Assembly (NCBI GenBank): GCA_965197455.1 | Contig: OZ240208.1 | Location: 1,842,153-1,906,152 of the forward strand | Source: Phototrophicaceae bacterium | Lineage (GTDB): Bacteria > Chloroflexota > Anaerolineae > Aggregatilineales > Phototrophicaceae | DNA: 64,000 nt | Reading direction: 5' to 3' | Part shown: positions 16,427 to 26,429 of the stretch, piece after piece | Layout: each line of letters begins with the position of its first letter | Numbering within the stretch: position 1 is the first letter of the stretch | Notes under the pieces: model-generated | What the model was told of the DNA's origin: nothing | Databases searched by the model: none | What the model saw: the letters and a program-made list of their open reading frames with translations, nothing else | Translations under genes and position numbers: made by a program

Positions 16427-18034
16427 ATGCCCGCCCGCAGCGTCCTGCTGCTCACGCTCTGCCTGTTGCTGCCGGGCCCCTTCGTCCAGGCCCAGGCTGA
16501 CGCGCCCTGTGGCGTCGTCGATACCATCGGCTATCCCGTCGACGGGCTGGCAGCGGGTTACGACGACTTCGGCCGGTACCGGTCGCGCTTCGGTGGCAAC
16601 CACGTCGGCATTGACCTCGCCTTTGACCGTCGGGGCGAAGCGGTGCGCGCCGCCATGCGTGGCATCGTCACCTACTCCGATGTGGCAGGCTGGGACAGCG
16701 AAAAGGGCGTGGTGATCGTCGCCCACCGCATGCCGGACGACAGCCTGGTCTATACGCTCTACGGCCACATGGAGCAGTTTGACGAGCTGCGCTTTCCGGC
16801 CGTCGGCGATTGCGTCCTGACCGGAACGGTGCTCGGCGGCGTCGGCTGGCCTTTACGCGGGCGCCCGCATTTGCATTACGAAATCCGCGACTTCCTGCCG
16901 GACGAAGGCGGCCCCGGTTATGTCGATGGCGATCCACTGGCCACCGGCTGGTACCATCCGCTCGCCTTCACGTCCCTGTGGCAATTGCGCCTGGGGCCAG
17001 GCCACCTCGCCTCAACGAGCTTCGACACCGTCCCTACCTTGCCAGCCCTGATGACAGGCACGGGTGGCTACGTCATGGCCAGTGGCGAGCGCATCCTGGC
17101 CGTTGCTGCGGGGCAGGACAGCGCGCAGTGGCAGGTGGAGACCGGCAGCATTGTGCAGGGTCTCGCCTCCCTGCCCGATGGCCGCGTCGTGGCGCATACG
17201 CGCGATGGCCAGGCCATGACCCTGGCGCACGGACGCTTTGAGGCCCTGTGGCAGGCTCCCGGCCCGGACGCCCCCTTTCACATACTGGGAGAGACGCTCG
17301 TCTTCGCCCTGCACGGCGGTGCGCTGGATGCCTTCAACGCGGCCGGTGAGCGCCTTTGGCAGCTGCCACCCTTCCCCGCCACAGCACGTCTGAGCGGCTT
17401 CGCGAGCGACGGGAAGTTGCTGGCGATCGGGCTGCGCGATGCGGAAGACGGAATCTTCTGGCGCCTGATCGATGAAGAGGGCACGGTCCGTTACCAGGCG
17501 CGTCTGGCGCGGCAGTCGCTGCTGACGCCCGCGAACGACGGCAGTTGGCTCGGCCTCGACGGCCAGCATATCATCCGCATCATGGAAGGGCAGCGTCAGG
17601 AACTGGCGACGCTTGACAGACGTCCCGGCAGCGCTGCCGCCATCACCATGGACCTGGCAGGCAACAGTTACCTGTACCTCGGCGGCAGCGCGAACAGTCT
17701 GCTTTCACTGGACGCCCGGGGGGAGCTGCGCTGGCGCGTCGACTGGCCCGGCGCACGTTCGGCCCTGCCACCCCTGCTGGACACGGGCAGTGGCTGTCTG
17801 CTTTACGCGCTGGATGCGCAGGGCGGCCTCAGCCTGATTGACAGCAATGCTGGCACCCTGCTGCAGCGCATCGAACTCTACGCCGGCGGAGACCGCAACA
17901 GTAACCCGCGCGCGCGTCTGCTCCAGGTGGACGTTGACGAACGTATCCATGTCAGCAGCGGCTTCCTCGCGCTGGTCACACTGGACGGCTGGGTGCTCGG
18001 CGGCGACGCGATGCAGGGCTGCCTGCTGGGCTAG
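16427..18034 (+). CDS. Secreted M23 metallopeptidase fused to a PQQ/BamB-like beta-propeller repeat region
   Basis: Signal-peptide-like N-terminus (LLLTLCLLLPGPFVQAQA). M23 motifs HVGIDLAF, YGHM and PHLHYEIR. The C-terminal ~330 aa carry repeated G..LW/W..-type propeller strands. Confidence 0.8.
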   Translation: MPARSVLLLTLCLLLPGPFVQAQADAPCGVVDTIGYPVDGLAAGYDDFGRYRSRFGGNHVGIDLAFDRRGEAVRAAMRGIVTYSDVAGWDSEKGVVIVAHRMPDDSLVYTLYGHMEQFDELRFPAVGDCVLTGTVLGGVGWPLRGRPHLHYEIRDFLPDEGGPGYVDGDPLATGWYHPLAFTSLWQLRLGPGHLASTSFDTVPTLPALMTGTGGYVMASGERILAVAAGQDSAQWQVETGSIVQGLASLPDGRVVAHTRDGQAMTLAHGRFEALWQAPGPDAPFHILGETLVFALHGGALDAFNAAGERLWQLPPFPATARLSGFASDGKLLAIGLRDAEDGIFWRLIDEEGTVRYQARLARQSLLTPANDGSWLGLDGQHIIRIMEGQRQELATLDRRPGSAAAITMDLAGNSYLYLGGSANSLLSLDARGELRWRVDWPGARSALPPLLDTGSGCLLYALDAQGGLSLIDSNAGTLLQRIELYAGGDRNSNPRARLLQVDVDERIHVSSGFLALVTLDGWVLGGDAMQGCLLG

Positions 18035-18098
18035 TTCGTGCCAGACTTAAATAGCCTGAACCAGGTTACGATTTGGGCAGACAAATGGAATTGGGCAC

Positions 18099-18674
18099 AT
18101 GATTCCGCCCGCGCTCGAACAAATCCGAATGACAGCAGAAGAATTCGACGTGTTTGTTGAACGTTTTCCCGGCGACGGAATTTACGAGCTCGTCGACGGT
18201 AAATTTACAGAAAAGTTCCCAGGTCACCCATGGGCAACAGAATTAGCCGGATACTTGTACGCCAGTATCTGGTTGCATCTGCGCCAGTCAGGTTCAGGTG
18301 GAAATGTCTCGTCATCTTATCGTGGATATCTGATGAATGGAGATCGTCTCCTTCCTGCGGTCGTCTACCACGCACCGGACAAACATTTTGACTTCTATGC
18401 TGACCCGCCCGACCCGCCCGACCTCGCCGTCGAGGTCGTTTCAGACGAGAGTGAGCGCAGCGAGCTGGACGGGCTGGCGAAGAAGCTGTGCCACTATCGC
18501 GCGGCCGGCGTCACCGTCTGGGTCGTGCTGCCCAGGGCGCAGCGCGTAGAAGTGCATGCACCTGATAATGACCCGGCGCAGGGCCCCCTCACACTGGGCC
18601 CCGACGACACGCTCACCTGCCCGGCGCTGCTGCCCGATTTCCGCCTGCCCCTGCACGAACTGTTCAGCGAGTAA
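18099..18674 (+). CDS. Uma2 family (DUF820) endonuclease, copy 1
   Basis: 191 aa. Motifs YELVDGK, PDLAVEVVSDES and GVTVWVVLPRAQRVEVH. The N-terminal half is visibly lower in GC than the C-terminal half. Confidence 0.85.
   Translation: MIPPALEQIRMTAEEFDVFVERFPGDGIYELVDGKFTEKFPGHPWATELAGYLYASIWLHLRQSGSGGNVSSSYRGYLMNGDRLLPAVVYHAPDKHFDFYADPPDPPDLAVEVVSDESERSELDGLAKKLCHYRAAGVTVWVVLPRAQRVEVHAPDNDPAQGPLTLGPDDTLTCPALLPDFRLPLHELFSE
18411..18674 (+). repeat. 264-bp direct repeat, copy 1 (3' end of Uma2 gene)
   Basis: Aligns without gaps to 30584..30847 at roughly 80% identity by eye. Exact runs include gacccgcccgacctcgccgtcgaggtcgt (29 nt) and ggcgtcaccgtctgggtcgtg (21 nt). Confidence 0.85.
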
Positions 18675-18682
18675 CAGCCGCG

Positions 18683-19726
18683 TCAGTCAAACACGCCCGC
18701 CAGTGTGAGCTCTTCCGCCAGATGACAACTCACCTGGCGCCCGTCCCCCAGCGTACGCAACTGTGGGCGCTCTTCGCGGCAGATGTCGCGGGCATGGGGA
18801 CAGCGGGGATGGAACACACAGCCGGTCGGCAGCGTCAGCAGATCCGGGGGTTCGCCGGCGGTCACGTCCTGCAAGCGCGCGCCCTGGCGACGCGTAACCC
18901 GCGGCACCGCCTTGAGCAGCATCTCGGTGTAGGGGTGCAGCGGCTGCTGCAACAGCTCGTCGCGCAGGCCGGTTTCGACGACCTTGCCAGCATACATGAC
19001 CAGGATGCGGTCGCTCATGTAGCGGATGACGCTCATGCTGTGCGAGATGAACAGATAGGACAGACCGAACTCCTGCTGCAGGTCCTTGAGCAGATTGAGC
19101 GTTTGCGCCTGAATCGAGACATCCAGCGCCGAAACCGGCTCGTCGGCGACGACCAGCTGAGGATTAATCACGAGGGCCCGCGCAATGGAGATTCGTTGGC
19201 GCTGCCCGCCGCTGAAGCTGTGCGGGAAGCGCTGTAAATGACCGACATCCAGGCCCACCCGCTGCAGGATGGCTGCCACGCGCTCCTCAAGTTCGCGGCC
19301 GCTGGCAAGCTTGTTGACGCGCAAGGGTTCGCCCACACTGCGCAGCACGCTCATGCGCGGGTTCAGGGACGAAAACGGGTCCTGAAAGATCACCTGCACA
19401 ATCTTGCGAAATTCGCTGTTGTCTTCCCGGTCAATGTGGCCAGGACGAAATTCACGGTCGCCGCTGCGCACCACGATTTCGCCGCCGTCGGGTTCGTAAA
19501 GCCAGGAGACGCAGCGGCCGAGGGTCGTCTTGCCGCAGCCGCTCTCGCCAATGACGCCCAGCGTTTCGCCCTTTCTCATCACGAAGCTGACGTCGTCGAC
19601 CGCCCGGATATAGCCGATGGTGCGGCGCAGAAAGCCCTTGCTGCGCAGGGGGAAGTATTTTTTGAGCCCGCGCACCTCGAGGATGTTCTCCGGCTGTGCT
19701 GCCATCAACGTCTCCTGTTGACTCAC
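18683..19726 (-). CDS. Oligopeptide/dipeptide-type ABC transporter ATP-binding protein (OppF-like)
   Basis: Walker A GESGCGKTT, signature FSGGQRQRI, Walker B LVVADEP, and the C-terminal oligopeptide-type Cys/His region. Its ATG overlaps the upstream stop (ATGA). Confidence 0.9.
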   Translation of the reverse strand: MSQQETLMAAQPENILEVRGLKKYFPLRSKGFLRRTIGYIRAVDDVSFVMRKGETLGVIGESGCGKTTLGRCVSWLYEPDGGEIVVRSGDREFRPGHIDREDNSEFRKIVQVIFQDPFSSLNPRMSVLRSVGEPLRVNKLASGRELEERVAAILQRVGLDVGHLQRFPHSFSGGQRQRISIARALVINPQLVVADEPVSALDVSIQAQTLNLLKDLQQEFGLSYLFISHSMSVIRYMSDRILVMYAGKVVETGLRDELLQQPLHPYTEMLLKAVPRVTRRQGARLQDVTAGEPPDLLTLPTGCVFHPRCPHARDICREERPQLRTLGDGRQVSCHLAEELTLAGVFD

Positions 19727-20823
19727 GACCCGCCCGCCTCTTCCTCATACAGTACGCAGCGCACCTCGTGTCCGGGCTCAACCTCGATCAGCGGCGGCAG
19801 CGCCTGATCGCAAACGCCGGCAATGCGCAGGCCACAACGCGAGAAAAACGGGCAGCCCGCGCGCGCGGCGTAGGGGTCCGGCAGCACGCCGGCTATGGAC
19901 TCCAGCCGCACCAGCTCGCCATCCACGGTGGGGATGGAATGCCACAGGGCGCGGGTGTAGGGATGCAGGGGCGCCTCGAAGATGCGCTCCACCGGGCCGC
20001 GCTCCATCACCAGGCCCAGATACATCACCACTACCTCGTCCGACATTTCGCCGATGACGGCCAGGTCGTGGGTGATGAACATGACCGCCATGTTGAAGTC
20101 GGCCTGCAGCTCTTTGATGAGGGCCAGAATTTGCGCCTCAATGGTGACGTCCAGCGCCGTCGTCGGCTCGTCGGCGATTAAGAGCTGCGGGTTGCAGGCC
20201 AGCGCCATGGCGATCATCGCCCGCTGCCGCATGCCGCCGCTTAGCTGAAAGGACCAGGTATCGACGAGGTTTTCTGCATTCGGGATGCCCACGCGAGTGA
20301 GCAGCGCCACGGCCTGGCGGCGCGCCTCCGCCTGGCTGGTGCCCTCGAAGTGCAACAGGATGGCTTCGGTAATCTGGTCGCCGATGGTGTGCACCGGGCT
20401 GAACGAGGTCATCGGTTCCTGGAAGATCATGCTGATGTCATTCCAGCGAACAGCGCGAATCTCCGGGCCGGTGGGGGCAACCTGCGCCAGATCAACGACT
20501 TCCTGCTGCATGCCGGCAGCGCCATGCAGCAGAATCTCGCCATCCGTGATGACGCCTGGCTGCGGGGTCAGGCGTAACATCGCCTGCGCCATCACCGATT
20601 TGCCGCTGCCGCTCTCGCCAATCACCCCCAGGGTGCGGCCCCGGCGCACCTGCAGGCTGACGCCGTCCACGGCCCGGATGGTTCCCTCACGCAGCGGGAA
20701 GTTGACCTTCAGGTTGCGAAGCTCCAGCAGCGTGTCATCCGCCGCCTCGCGCAGCTCGCGTGGCGGGCGCTGTCCTTCACCCTGCATGTCGCTCCGCTGC
20801 TGCCTTGCGTCGCCGTCAGACAT
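19723..20823 (-). CDS. Oligopeptide/dipeptide-type ABC transporter ATP-binding protein (OppD-like)
   Basis: Walker A GESGSGKS, signature LSGGMRQR, Walker [13 protein letters not shown]. The ORF opens at 20856. ATG 20823 (MSDGD) gives an 8-nt overlap with the permease stop and is taken as the likely start. Confidence 0.9.
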   Translation of the reverse strand: MSDGDARQQRSDMQGEGQRPPRELREAADDTLLELRNLKVNFPLREGTIRAVDGVSLQVRRGRTLGVIGESGSGKSVMAQAMLRLTPQPGVITDGEILLHGAAGMQQEVVDLAQVAPTGPEIRAVRWNDISMIFQEPMTSFSPVHTIGDQITEAILLHFEGTSQAEARRQAVALLTRVGIPNAENLVDTWSFQLSGGMRQRAMIAMALACNPQLLIADEPTTALDVTIEAQILALIKELQADFNMAVMFITHDLAVIGEMSDEVVVMYLGLVMERGPVERIFEAPLHPYTRALWHSIPTVDGELVRLESIAGVLPDPYAARAGCPFFSRCGLRIAGVCDQALPPLIEVEPGHEVRCVLYEEEAGGS

Positions 20824-22033
20824 TTGAATAGGGATCCGCCGCATCCCGCAGGCCATCGCCGATGAAGTTAAACAACAATACCGTGACCAGCACGCAGACG
20901 GCCGGCCACAGCAACCAGGGGATGTGAAAAATTGCCAGGATGTCGCGGAAGTCCTGCAACAGCACGCCCCAGCTGACCGCCGGCGGTTGCATCCCCAGGC
21001 CGAGGAAGCTCAGCGCGGTTTCGTAGAGAATCATTTGCGGGATCATCAGCGTCACGGACAGAATCAGGTGGCTGGTGAAGCCGGGCAGCAAATGCGTGAA
21101 AATGATGCGCAGGTCGCCGGCGCCGGAGGCGCGCGCGGCCAGCGCGTAATCTTCCTCGCGCAGGGAAAGCAAGCGCCCGCGGACGACGCGCGCCAGACCG
21201 ACCCAGTTCAAGAGCGCCAGAATCAGCGTGATGGCGAAGTAGACATTCAGCGGGGGCCAGTTCTTCGGCACCGCCGCCGCCAGGGTCATCCACAGGGGCA
21301 GTTGCGGAATCGCCCGCAGGAACTCGATCACGCGCTGGATGACGTAATCCACAACCCCGCCAAAATAGCCGGACATGCCCCCCAGCAGCGCCCCCAGGAA
21401 AAAGGTCAGGGCCACGCTCACCAGGCCGATCGTGAGCGAAATGCGGGCGCCATGCACCGTGCGCGAAAAGACGTCGCGCGCCAGCGAATCCAGCCCGAAG
21501 AGCCAGATGCCGATGCGGGCCTGGTCTCCGGCCGCGCCGAGGCCAAACAGCCGGTGCCGTATTTCCACGAGGCCCGCCAGTTTGTAGGGTTCCGTCTCGA
21601 CGAAAAACTGCAAGGGCAGGATGACTTCACGGTCTTCCACGAAGGACAGGCGCAAGGTTACGGGATGGCGTTCCTGGTCCAGGCCGTAGACGTAGGGGCC
21701 GCGCAGGCCGTTTTCATCAGACCAGTAGATAGTGGAGGGCGGTGCCTGCTGGTAGCGGCGAAATCGCTGGCGCGACTCGTAGGGGGCGACGAAATCCGCC
21801 AGCGCGGCAATTAGATAGAGCAGGATGAGAAGGAAGGCGGAGATCAGGGCCATGCGGTGGCGGCGAAAACGCCACCACATCAGGCGCCACTGCCCCGCAT
21901 AATAATGCCGCGCCTCCGCCTCTGCCTCCGGCAGCGCGTCCGGCATCAGGTCGATGACTTCTTCCGGCCCCGTGAGGCCGTGGCGGGCCCGGATTCGTTC
22001 GCGCCTTGCCTGCAGATCAGGGTAACTGACCAT
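20816..22033 (-). CDS. ABC transporter permease (OppC/DppC-like)
   Basis: 405 aa, multi-TM, with the EAA-type loop YALAARASGAGDLRIIFTHLLPG. Confidence 0.9.
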   Translation of the reverse strand: MVSYPDLQARRERIRARHGLTGPEEVIDLMPDALPEAEAEARHYYAGQWRLMWWRFRRHRMALISAFLLILLYLIAALADFVAPYESRQRFRRYQQAPPSTIYWSDENGLRGPYVYGLDQERHPVTLRLSFVEDREVILPLQFFVETEPYKLAGLVEIRHRLFGLGAAGDQARIGIWLFGLDSLARDVFSRTVHGARISLTIGLVSVALTFFLGALLGGMSGYFGGVVDYVIQRVIEFLRAIPQLPLWMTLAAAVPKNWPPLNVYFAITLILALLNWVGLARVVRGRLLSLREEDYALAARASGAGDLRIIFTHLLPGFTSHLILSVTLMIPQMILYETALSFLGLGMQPPAVSWGVLLQDFRDILAIFHIPWLLWPAVCVLVTVLLFNFIGDGLRDAADPYSNV

Positions 22034-23025
22034 CAGGAACGCGCCTCAAAGCGGATCCGGGGATCGAACCATGCCAGCAGCACATCGGAGGCCAGGGTAC
22101 TCAACCAGATAATGGAAGCATAAATCAAGAGTATCGTGCCCGCCAAAATCATGTCCTGCGCCACCAGGGAGTTGAGCAGCAGCGGCCCGAGGGTCGGCAA
22201 CCCCAGTACGATGCCAATCAGCCCCTGCCCGGCCACGATACCATAGACCAGTTGACCCAGGTCGCTGACCAGGGGATTGAGGGCGATGCGCACCGGATAC
22301 TTGCGCACCAGGCGGCGCTCGCTGAGCCCCTTGGCGCGCGCCGTAACGACGTATTGCTGACCGAGCTGGTCCAGCAAATTGTTGCGCACGACGCGAATGA
22401 TGCCGCCTATCGACGGCAGGGCTGTCAGCAGAATGGGCGCCCAGAGGTGCTTGGCCGTATCGATGATTTTCGCCTGGCTCCAGGGCGCATGCAGAAACTC
22501 CAGTGAATTGATGCCCAGCGGCACAAAATCAAAAAAGTAAAGACTGGCCCAGGCCACCACAATCGCCAGCAGCCAGCCCGGCGCGCCCAGACCGATAAAG
22601 GCCAGGAAGGTCGTGACGTAATCGACGGATGAATACTGGTGTGTCGCCGAGTAGATCCCCAGCGGAATGGCGACTCCCATCGAAAGGACAAAGGCCGACA
22701 CACCAATAATCAGCGTGTAGGGGATGGTCTCCAGCAGCACATCCAGGTTGTCGCGGCCATCGACCGTGCTGCCCATGTCGCCGCGCAACACGATGTTTTC
22801 CAGCCAGCGCGAATAGCGGGATATGAACGGAGCGTCCAGGCGCCAGCGGGCCCGCATGCGGGCGATCGCCGCATCATCTATTTCAATATTTTGCGCCCGC
22901 AGCGCGATGACTTCATTGGTCACGATGTCACCGGGTGGCAGCTCGATCAGAAAGAAGGTGATCAGCGACAACATTAACCATAGCGGAATCATGGTCAGAA
23001 GCCGCTTAAGAATAAAAACTTCCAA
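22033..23025 (-). CDS. ABC transporter permease (OppB/DppB-like)
   Basis: 330 aa, multi-TM. Motifs YVVTARAKGLSERRLVRKYPVR and C-terminal DPRIRF. Its stop overlaps the next start by 1 nt. Confidence 0.9.
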   Translation of the reverse strand: MEVFILKRLLTMIPLWLMLSLITFFLIELPPGDIVTNEVIALRAQNIEIDDAAIARMRARWRLDAPFISRYSRWLENIVLRGDMGSTVDGRDNLDVLLETIPYTLIIGVSAFVLSMGVAIPLGIYSATHQYSSVDYVTTFLAFIGLGAPGWLLAIVVAWASLYFFDFVPLGINSLEFLHAPWSQAKIIDTAKHLWAPILLTALPSIGGIIRVVRNNLLDQLGQQYVVTARAKGLSERRLVRKYPVRIALNPLVSDLGQLVYGIVAGQGLIGIVLGLPTLGPLLLNSLVAQDMILAGTILLIYASIIWLSTLASDVLLAWFDPRIRFEARS

Positions 23026-23132
23026 CAGTCTGTCTCCGGATTAACGTCCGGCGCCGGCGCATCGCTGCGCGCGGCAGGAGACGGGTCGCTGCCCTGCCAT
23101 CAGAGCAGCGACCCGCCAGCTTAATCTGTTAC

Positions 23133-25022
23133 CTATTGCGCCGAACGATAGAAGAACTGCTCGCCAGCGCGCGAGGCGCCCATCTGGGTGCCGCCGGTCG
23201 CAATGTTGCCAAAGTCGGCGTTGAAGATCGTTGGCCGCAGCACATTCTCGATCATCGGCAGAATCCACACGTTGTCGTAGTGCAGCTGGAACAGCTCGTC
23301 AACCAGAGCCAGATCCTCGGCCGAGTACGGAATGGTCGCCTTGCGCGCCACCAGAATCTCGTTGAGGCGCTTGACTTCCGCCGGCGGTTCATCGCCGGAG
23401 GCTCCGTCGGTATTCAGCCAGTTGCGCCAGGAGGAGCACCACTGACTGCTGCCCGCATATTCCGGGTTCATGCCCGGCCGCCACTGATAAGTCTGAATCC
23501 AGAAGATGGAAGCCTGGGTTTGGTTGTTGCGGATGCGCTCGTTCTTGACGTTGGGGTCTTCCTGGCGCAGCTCGGCGCGAACATCGGCAAAGGTCGCCAG
23601 GTGGTCGATCATCAACTCGCCGACCGGGATCATGTCCGGCCGCACGGGTGAGACCTCGATGAAGAAGCCGAATTCACTGCCATCCGGGGCCATGCGCATG
23701 CCAGCACCATCGCGCTGGTCCATACCCATCTCGTCCAGCAGCGCGTTGGCCGTGTCAGGGTCGAACGCCGCCGGTACCCAGGTGGGCACGCTGCCCAGAC
23801 CCAGATAGACGACGTCGATGATCTCCTCGCGGTCGATGGCGTGGCTCAGGGCCTGACGGAAACGCACGTCACTGGCGACCGAATGCCATGCCGGGTCTGT
23901 GTTGCAGGTCTGTATGTAGAGGGCAGTCGGGTCGGCGTGCAGGATCAAGGGAATGGTCACGAAATTTCCGGCCGCCTCGTTTTCCTTGTAGAGCGGATAG
24001 TTACTGTACTGCGTGCCGTAGAGGAAGTCGATGTCGCCCGCGATGGCGCCCAGGTTGACCATCTCGCCGTCACCAAACACCTGCGCCACCAGACGGTCCA
24101 GATAGGGCAGCTGTTTGCCCTCGGTGTCCACCTTCCAGTAGTAGGGGTTGCGCTCCATGACGGTTCCGGATTCAGAGAGTTGCGAGACCAGCCAGGGAGT
24201 CAGCTGCGGGAAGCCAATGCACTTCTCGCGCATCATATGGTTGCGCGGGCAGTCCACATTATTGAACAGGATGGGCCACTCCCCGGCCCCCAGGCCCTCG
24301 GCATCCAGTTTGGCCTGCAGCGCGTCAGCGTCCGCGTAGGCCGGATGAGAGTCCGCCAGGTAGTGCTGTGGCTTGATCATGTCGTTGTAGGAGGTCCAGC
24401 CGGTGATCGCCAGGTCGCGCAGGATACCGCCGGAAGGCGTGTCGAAGGTCAGGCTAAAGGTGAGATCGTCAATAACCTCCAGTTGCGCCGGCGTGCCGCT
24501 GGCCGACTTGAACTTGTTGGGGAAGGCACCGTACTCCTCGTTGTTGTAGAGGTCGTTGAAGACGAAGGCCACGTCGGCGGTCGAGACCGGTTCGCCATCC
24601 GACCAGCGCAGCCCCTCACGCAGGGTGAAGGTGAAGACGGTGGCGTCCTCGTTCACCGCGAAACTCTCGGCCAGATTGCCGTAGAAGCCCTCCACATCAA
24701 TGCCAGGCGCGGCAATGATGGGCTCCAGATTCATGACGTACATCTCGCCGGAAAAACCGAAGGCGCTGGTGAAGGCGGTACGCAGGGTACCGCCATGCAC
24801 GCCCGGCTCCCAGTCCGGCTGGTCTGCCGTAGAGACGAGCATGCCGGGGCCGATGACCAGCGGGTTGGCCGGCAGCCGTTCCGCCAGCGGCGGCAGTTCC
24901 CCGGCGTCAACCTGCGCCTGGAGGGGATCCAGCCCGGCGTCCTGCGCCAGCGCTGCGCCGCCGGAAATGGCAAAGGCCAGCGTCAATACCAGTAACACGA
25001 TCAGATTACGAGACATGTTCAT
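23133..25022 (-). CDS. ABC transporter substrate-binding protein, family 5 (Opp/Dpp type)
   Basis: 629 aa. Signal peptide MNMSRNLIVLLVLTLAFAISGGAALAQ. Size and composition are typical of SBP_bac_5 proteins. Confidence 0.85.
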   Translation of the reverse strand: MNMSRNLIVLLVLTLAFAISGGAALAQDAGLDPLQAQVDAGELPPLAERLPANPLVIGPGMLVSTADQPDWEPGVHGGTLRTAFTSAFGFSGEMYVMNLEPIIAAPGIDVEGFYGNLAESFAVNEDATVFTFTLREGLRWSDGEPVSTADVAFVFNDLYNNEEYGAFPNKFKSASGTPAQLEVIDDLTFSLTFDTPSGGILRDLAITGWTSYNDMIKPQHYLADSHPAYADADALQAKLDAEGLGAGEWPILFNNVDCPRNHMMREKCIGFPQLTPWLVSQLSESGTVMERNPYYWKVDTEGKQLPYLDRLVAQVFGDGEMVNLGAIAGDIDFLYGTQYSNYPLYKENEAAGNFVTIPLILHADPTALYIQTCNTDPAWHSVASDVRFRQALSHAIDREEIIDVVYLGLGSVPTWVPAAFDPDTANALLDEMGMDQRDGAGMRMAPDGSEFGFFIEVSPVRPDMIPVGELMIDHLATFADVRAELRQEDPNVKNERIRNNQTQASIFWIQTYQWRPGMNPEYAGSSQWCSSWRNWLNTDGASGDEPPAEVKRLNEILVARKATIPYSAEDLALVDELFQLHYDNVWILPMIENVLRPTIFNADFGNIATGGTQMGASRAGEQFFYRSAQ

Positions 25023-25082
25023 TACCTATCCCTTGTCTTAGACAGATACAAAATGGTGCTGCGGTCTCAATCAGTCCACCTT

Positions 25083-26429
25083 TCATTTCCCGGCAAATAC
25101 CTCCTCCAGCATGACGCGCATGCGCGCCAGCACCTCCCTGTTTTGCGGATCAGCAGCTGCGTTTCGCATTTCGCCCGGGTCGGCCAGCAGGTCGATGAGT
25201 TGTTCGCCCTGCGCCCCTTCATCATACTGCATGTACTTGTAGCGCCCGCCCGTCACCATGCGCCCCAACTCACTTTCCACCGGCAGCAGCTCGCGCCATG
25301 CCACAGCCTGCTGCCCCTCCAGCAGCGGGCGCAGGCTTGAACCCGGCAACCCTGGCGCTGGCGCCGCGCCGGCAAAATCGCAGAGCGTCGGCAGCAGGTC
25401 CAGGCCATTGGAGACTGGGCGGGAGTCTACCGCGCCGCGCCGCTCAACGCCCGCGCCCGCGATCAGCAGGGGCACGCGCGTAGCCTCCTCGTAAAACGCC
25501 GACTTGTGCTCCATGCGGTGGCTGGCATCCATGTCGCCGTGGTCGCTGGTGAAGAGGACCAGGGTGTTGTCCGCCGCGCCGCTGGCCTCCAGCGCGTCCA
25601 GGATGCGGCCGACCTGCCCGTCCACCCGCTCCGTCAGGCGGGCATAGGCCCATCGATGCAGACGCCAGCGCTCCTCGTCGTACTGTTCGCGCGCCATGCG
25701 CTTGAAGGGGCTGCGGGCCTGCATCCGGCGGATGGCTTCCGGCTCGTCCGCCTGGATGTCAAAGTTGGTTGGCAGCGGCGGACAATGCCATGCGAAGAAG
25801 GCGTCCCGCCCCACGCCCGGCGGCAGTTGCAGGGCCGCATCCAGCTCGCGCAGTTCATCCGCGTTGCGCAGTTCGAGCTGCCGGCGTCGCTCCTCATCCG
25901 CATAATCGCGGATGGCCATGAAGCAGATGTCGTGGGGGTTGATAAACGAGGCCATCAGGAAAAACGGCCGCTCCCGCTTGCGGCCCACAAAGTCCGCGCA
26001 GACAGCGGCCAGGCCGTCGCGCTCGTCCCTGGTGATGGTCTCAAAGCCCAGTGCCGCCGGCGTCCAGCCCGCCGGCAAATGCACCTTGCCGCCCCAGGCC
26101 GTCTCGTAGCCGGCGCGGCGCAGCAGCCAGCCCGCTGCTGACTGCCTTACTGCGGCGGGGATGTCTGCGCGCTGCCCGTCATCGTTGTGGCGGATGCCGA
26201 AGTCGCTGCCGAGGCGGCCCGTCACCAGGCTGAAGCGCGACGGCAGGCACATCGGGTTGCTGCACCAGGCGCGCGCAAAGCGCACGCCGCGCGCTGCAAT
26301 CCGGTCCATGGCCGGCGTGCGGACATGGCGATTGCCCGCACAGCCCAACATGAAAGCGCTCTGCTGGTCCGTCACAATGAGCAGGATGTTGGGCCGCCGG
26401 TCGGTCAATGGGCCCGTCCCATGCGCCAC
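25083..26429 (-). CDS. Sulfatase (Cys-type, formylglycine-dependent)
   Basis: N-terminal PNILLIVTDQQ and the signature CLPSRFSLVTGR (CxPxR), then FTSDHGD. No signal peptide is apparent. The start (GTG 26429 or TTG 26408) overlaps the upstream gene. Confidence 0.85.
   Translation of the reverse strand: MAHGTGPLTDRRPNILLIVTDQQSAFMLGCAGNRHVRTPAMDRIAARGVRFARAWCSNPMCLPSRFSLVTGRLGSDFGIRHNDDGQRADIPAAVRQSAAGWLLRRAGYETAWGGKVHLPAGWTPAALGFETITRDERDGLAAVCADFVGRKRERPFFLMASFINPHDICFMAIRDYADEERRRQLELRNADELRELDAALQLPPGVGRDAFFAWHCPPLPTNFDIQADEPEAIRRMQARSPFKRMAREQYDEERWRLHRWAYARLTERVDGQVGRILDALEASGAADNTLVLFTSDHGDMDASHRMEHKSAFYEEATRVPLLIAGAGVERRGAVDSRPVSNGLDLLPTLCDFAGAAPAPGLPGSSLRPLLEGQQAVAWRELLPVESELGRMVTGGRYKYMQYDEGAQGEQLIDLLADPGEMRNAAADPQNREVLARMRVMLEEVFAGK

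Noticed and set aside
22050-22080. tRNA-like T-arm string (ggggatcgaacc), with a similar gagtcgaaccc at about 45100
   Set aside because: Both lie inside well-supported coding sequences (OppB-like C-terminus DPRIRFEARS, and PucR). No acceptor or anticodon stems can be built around them.
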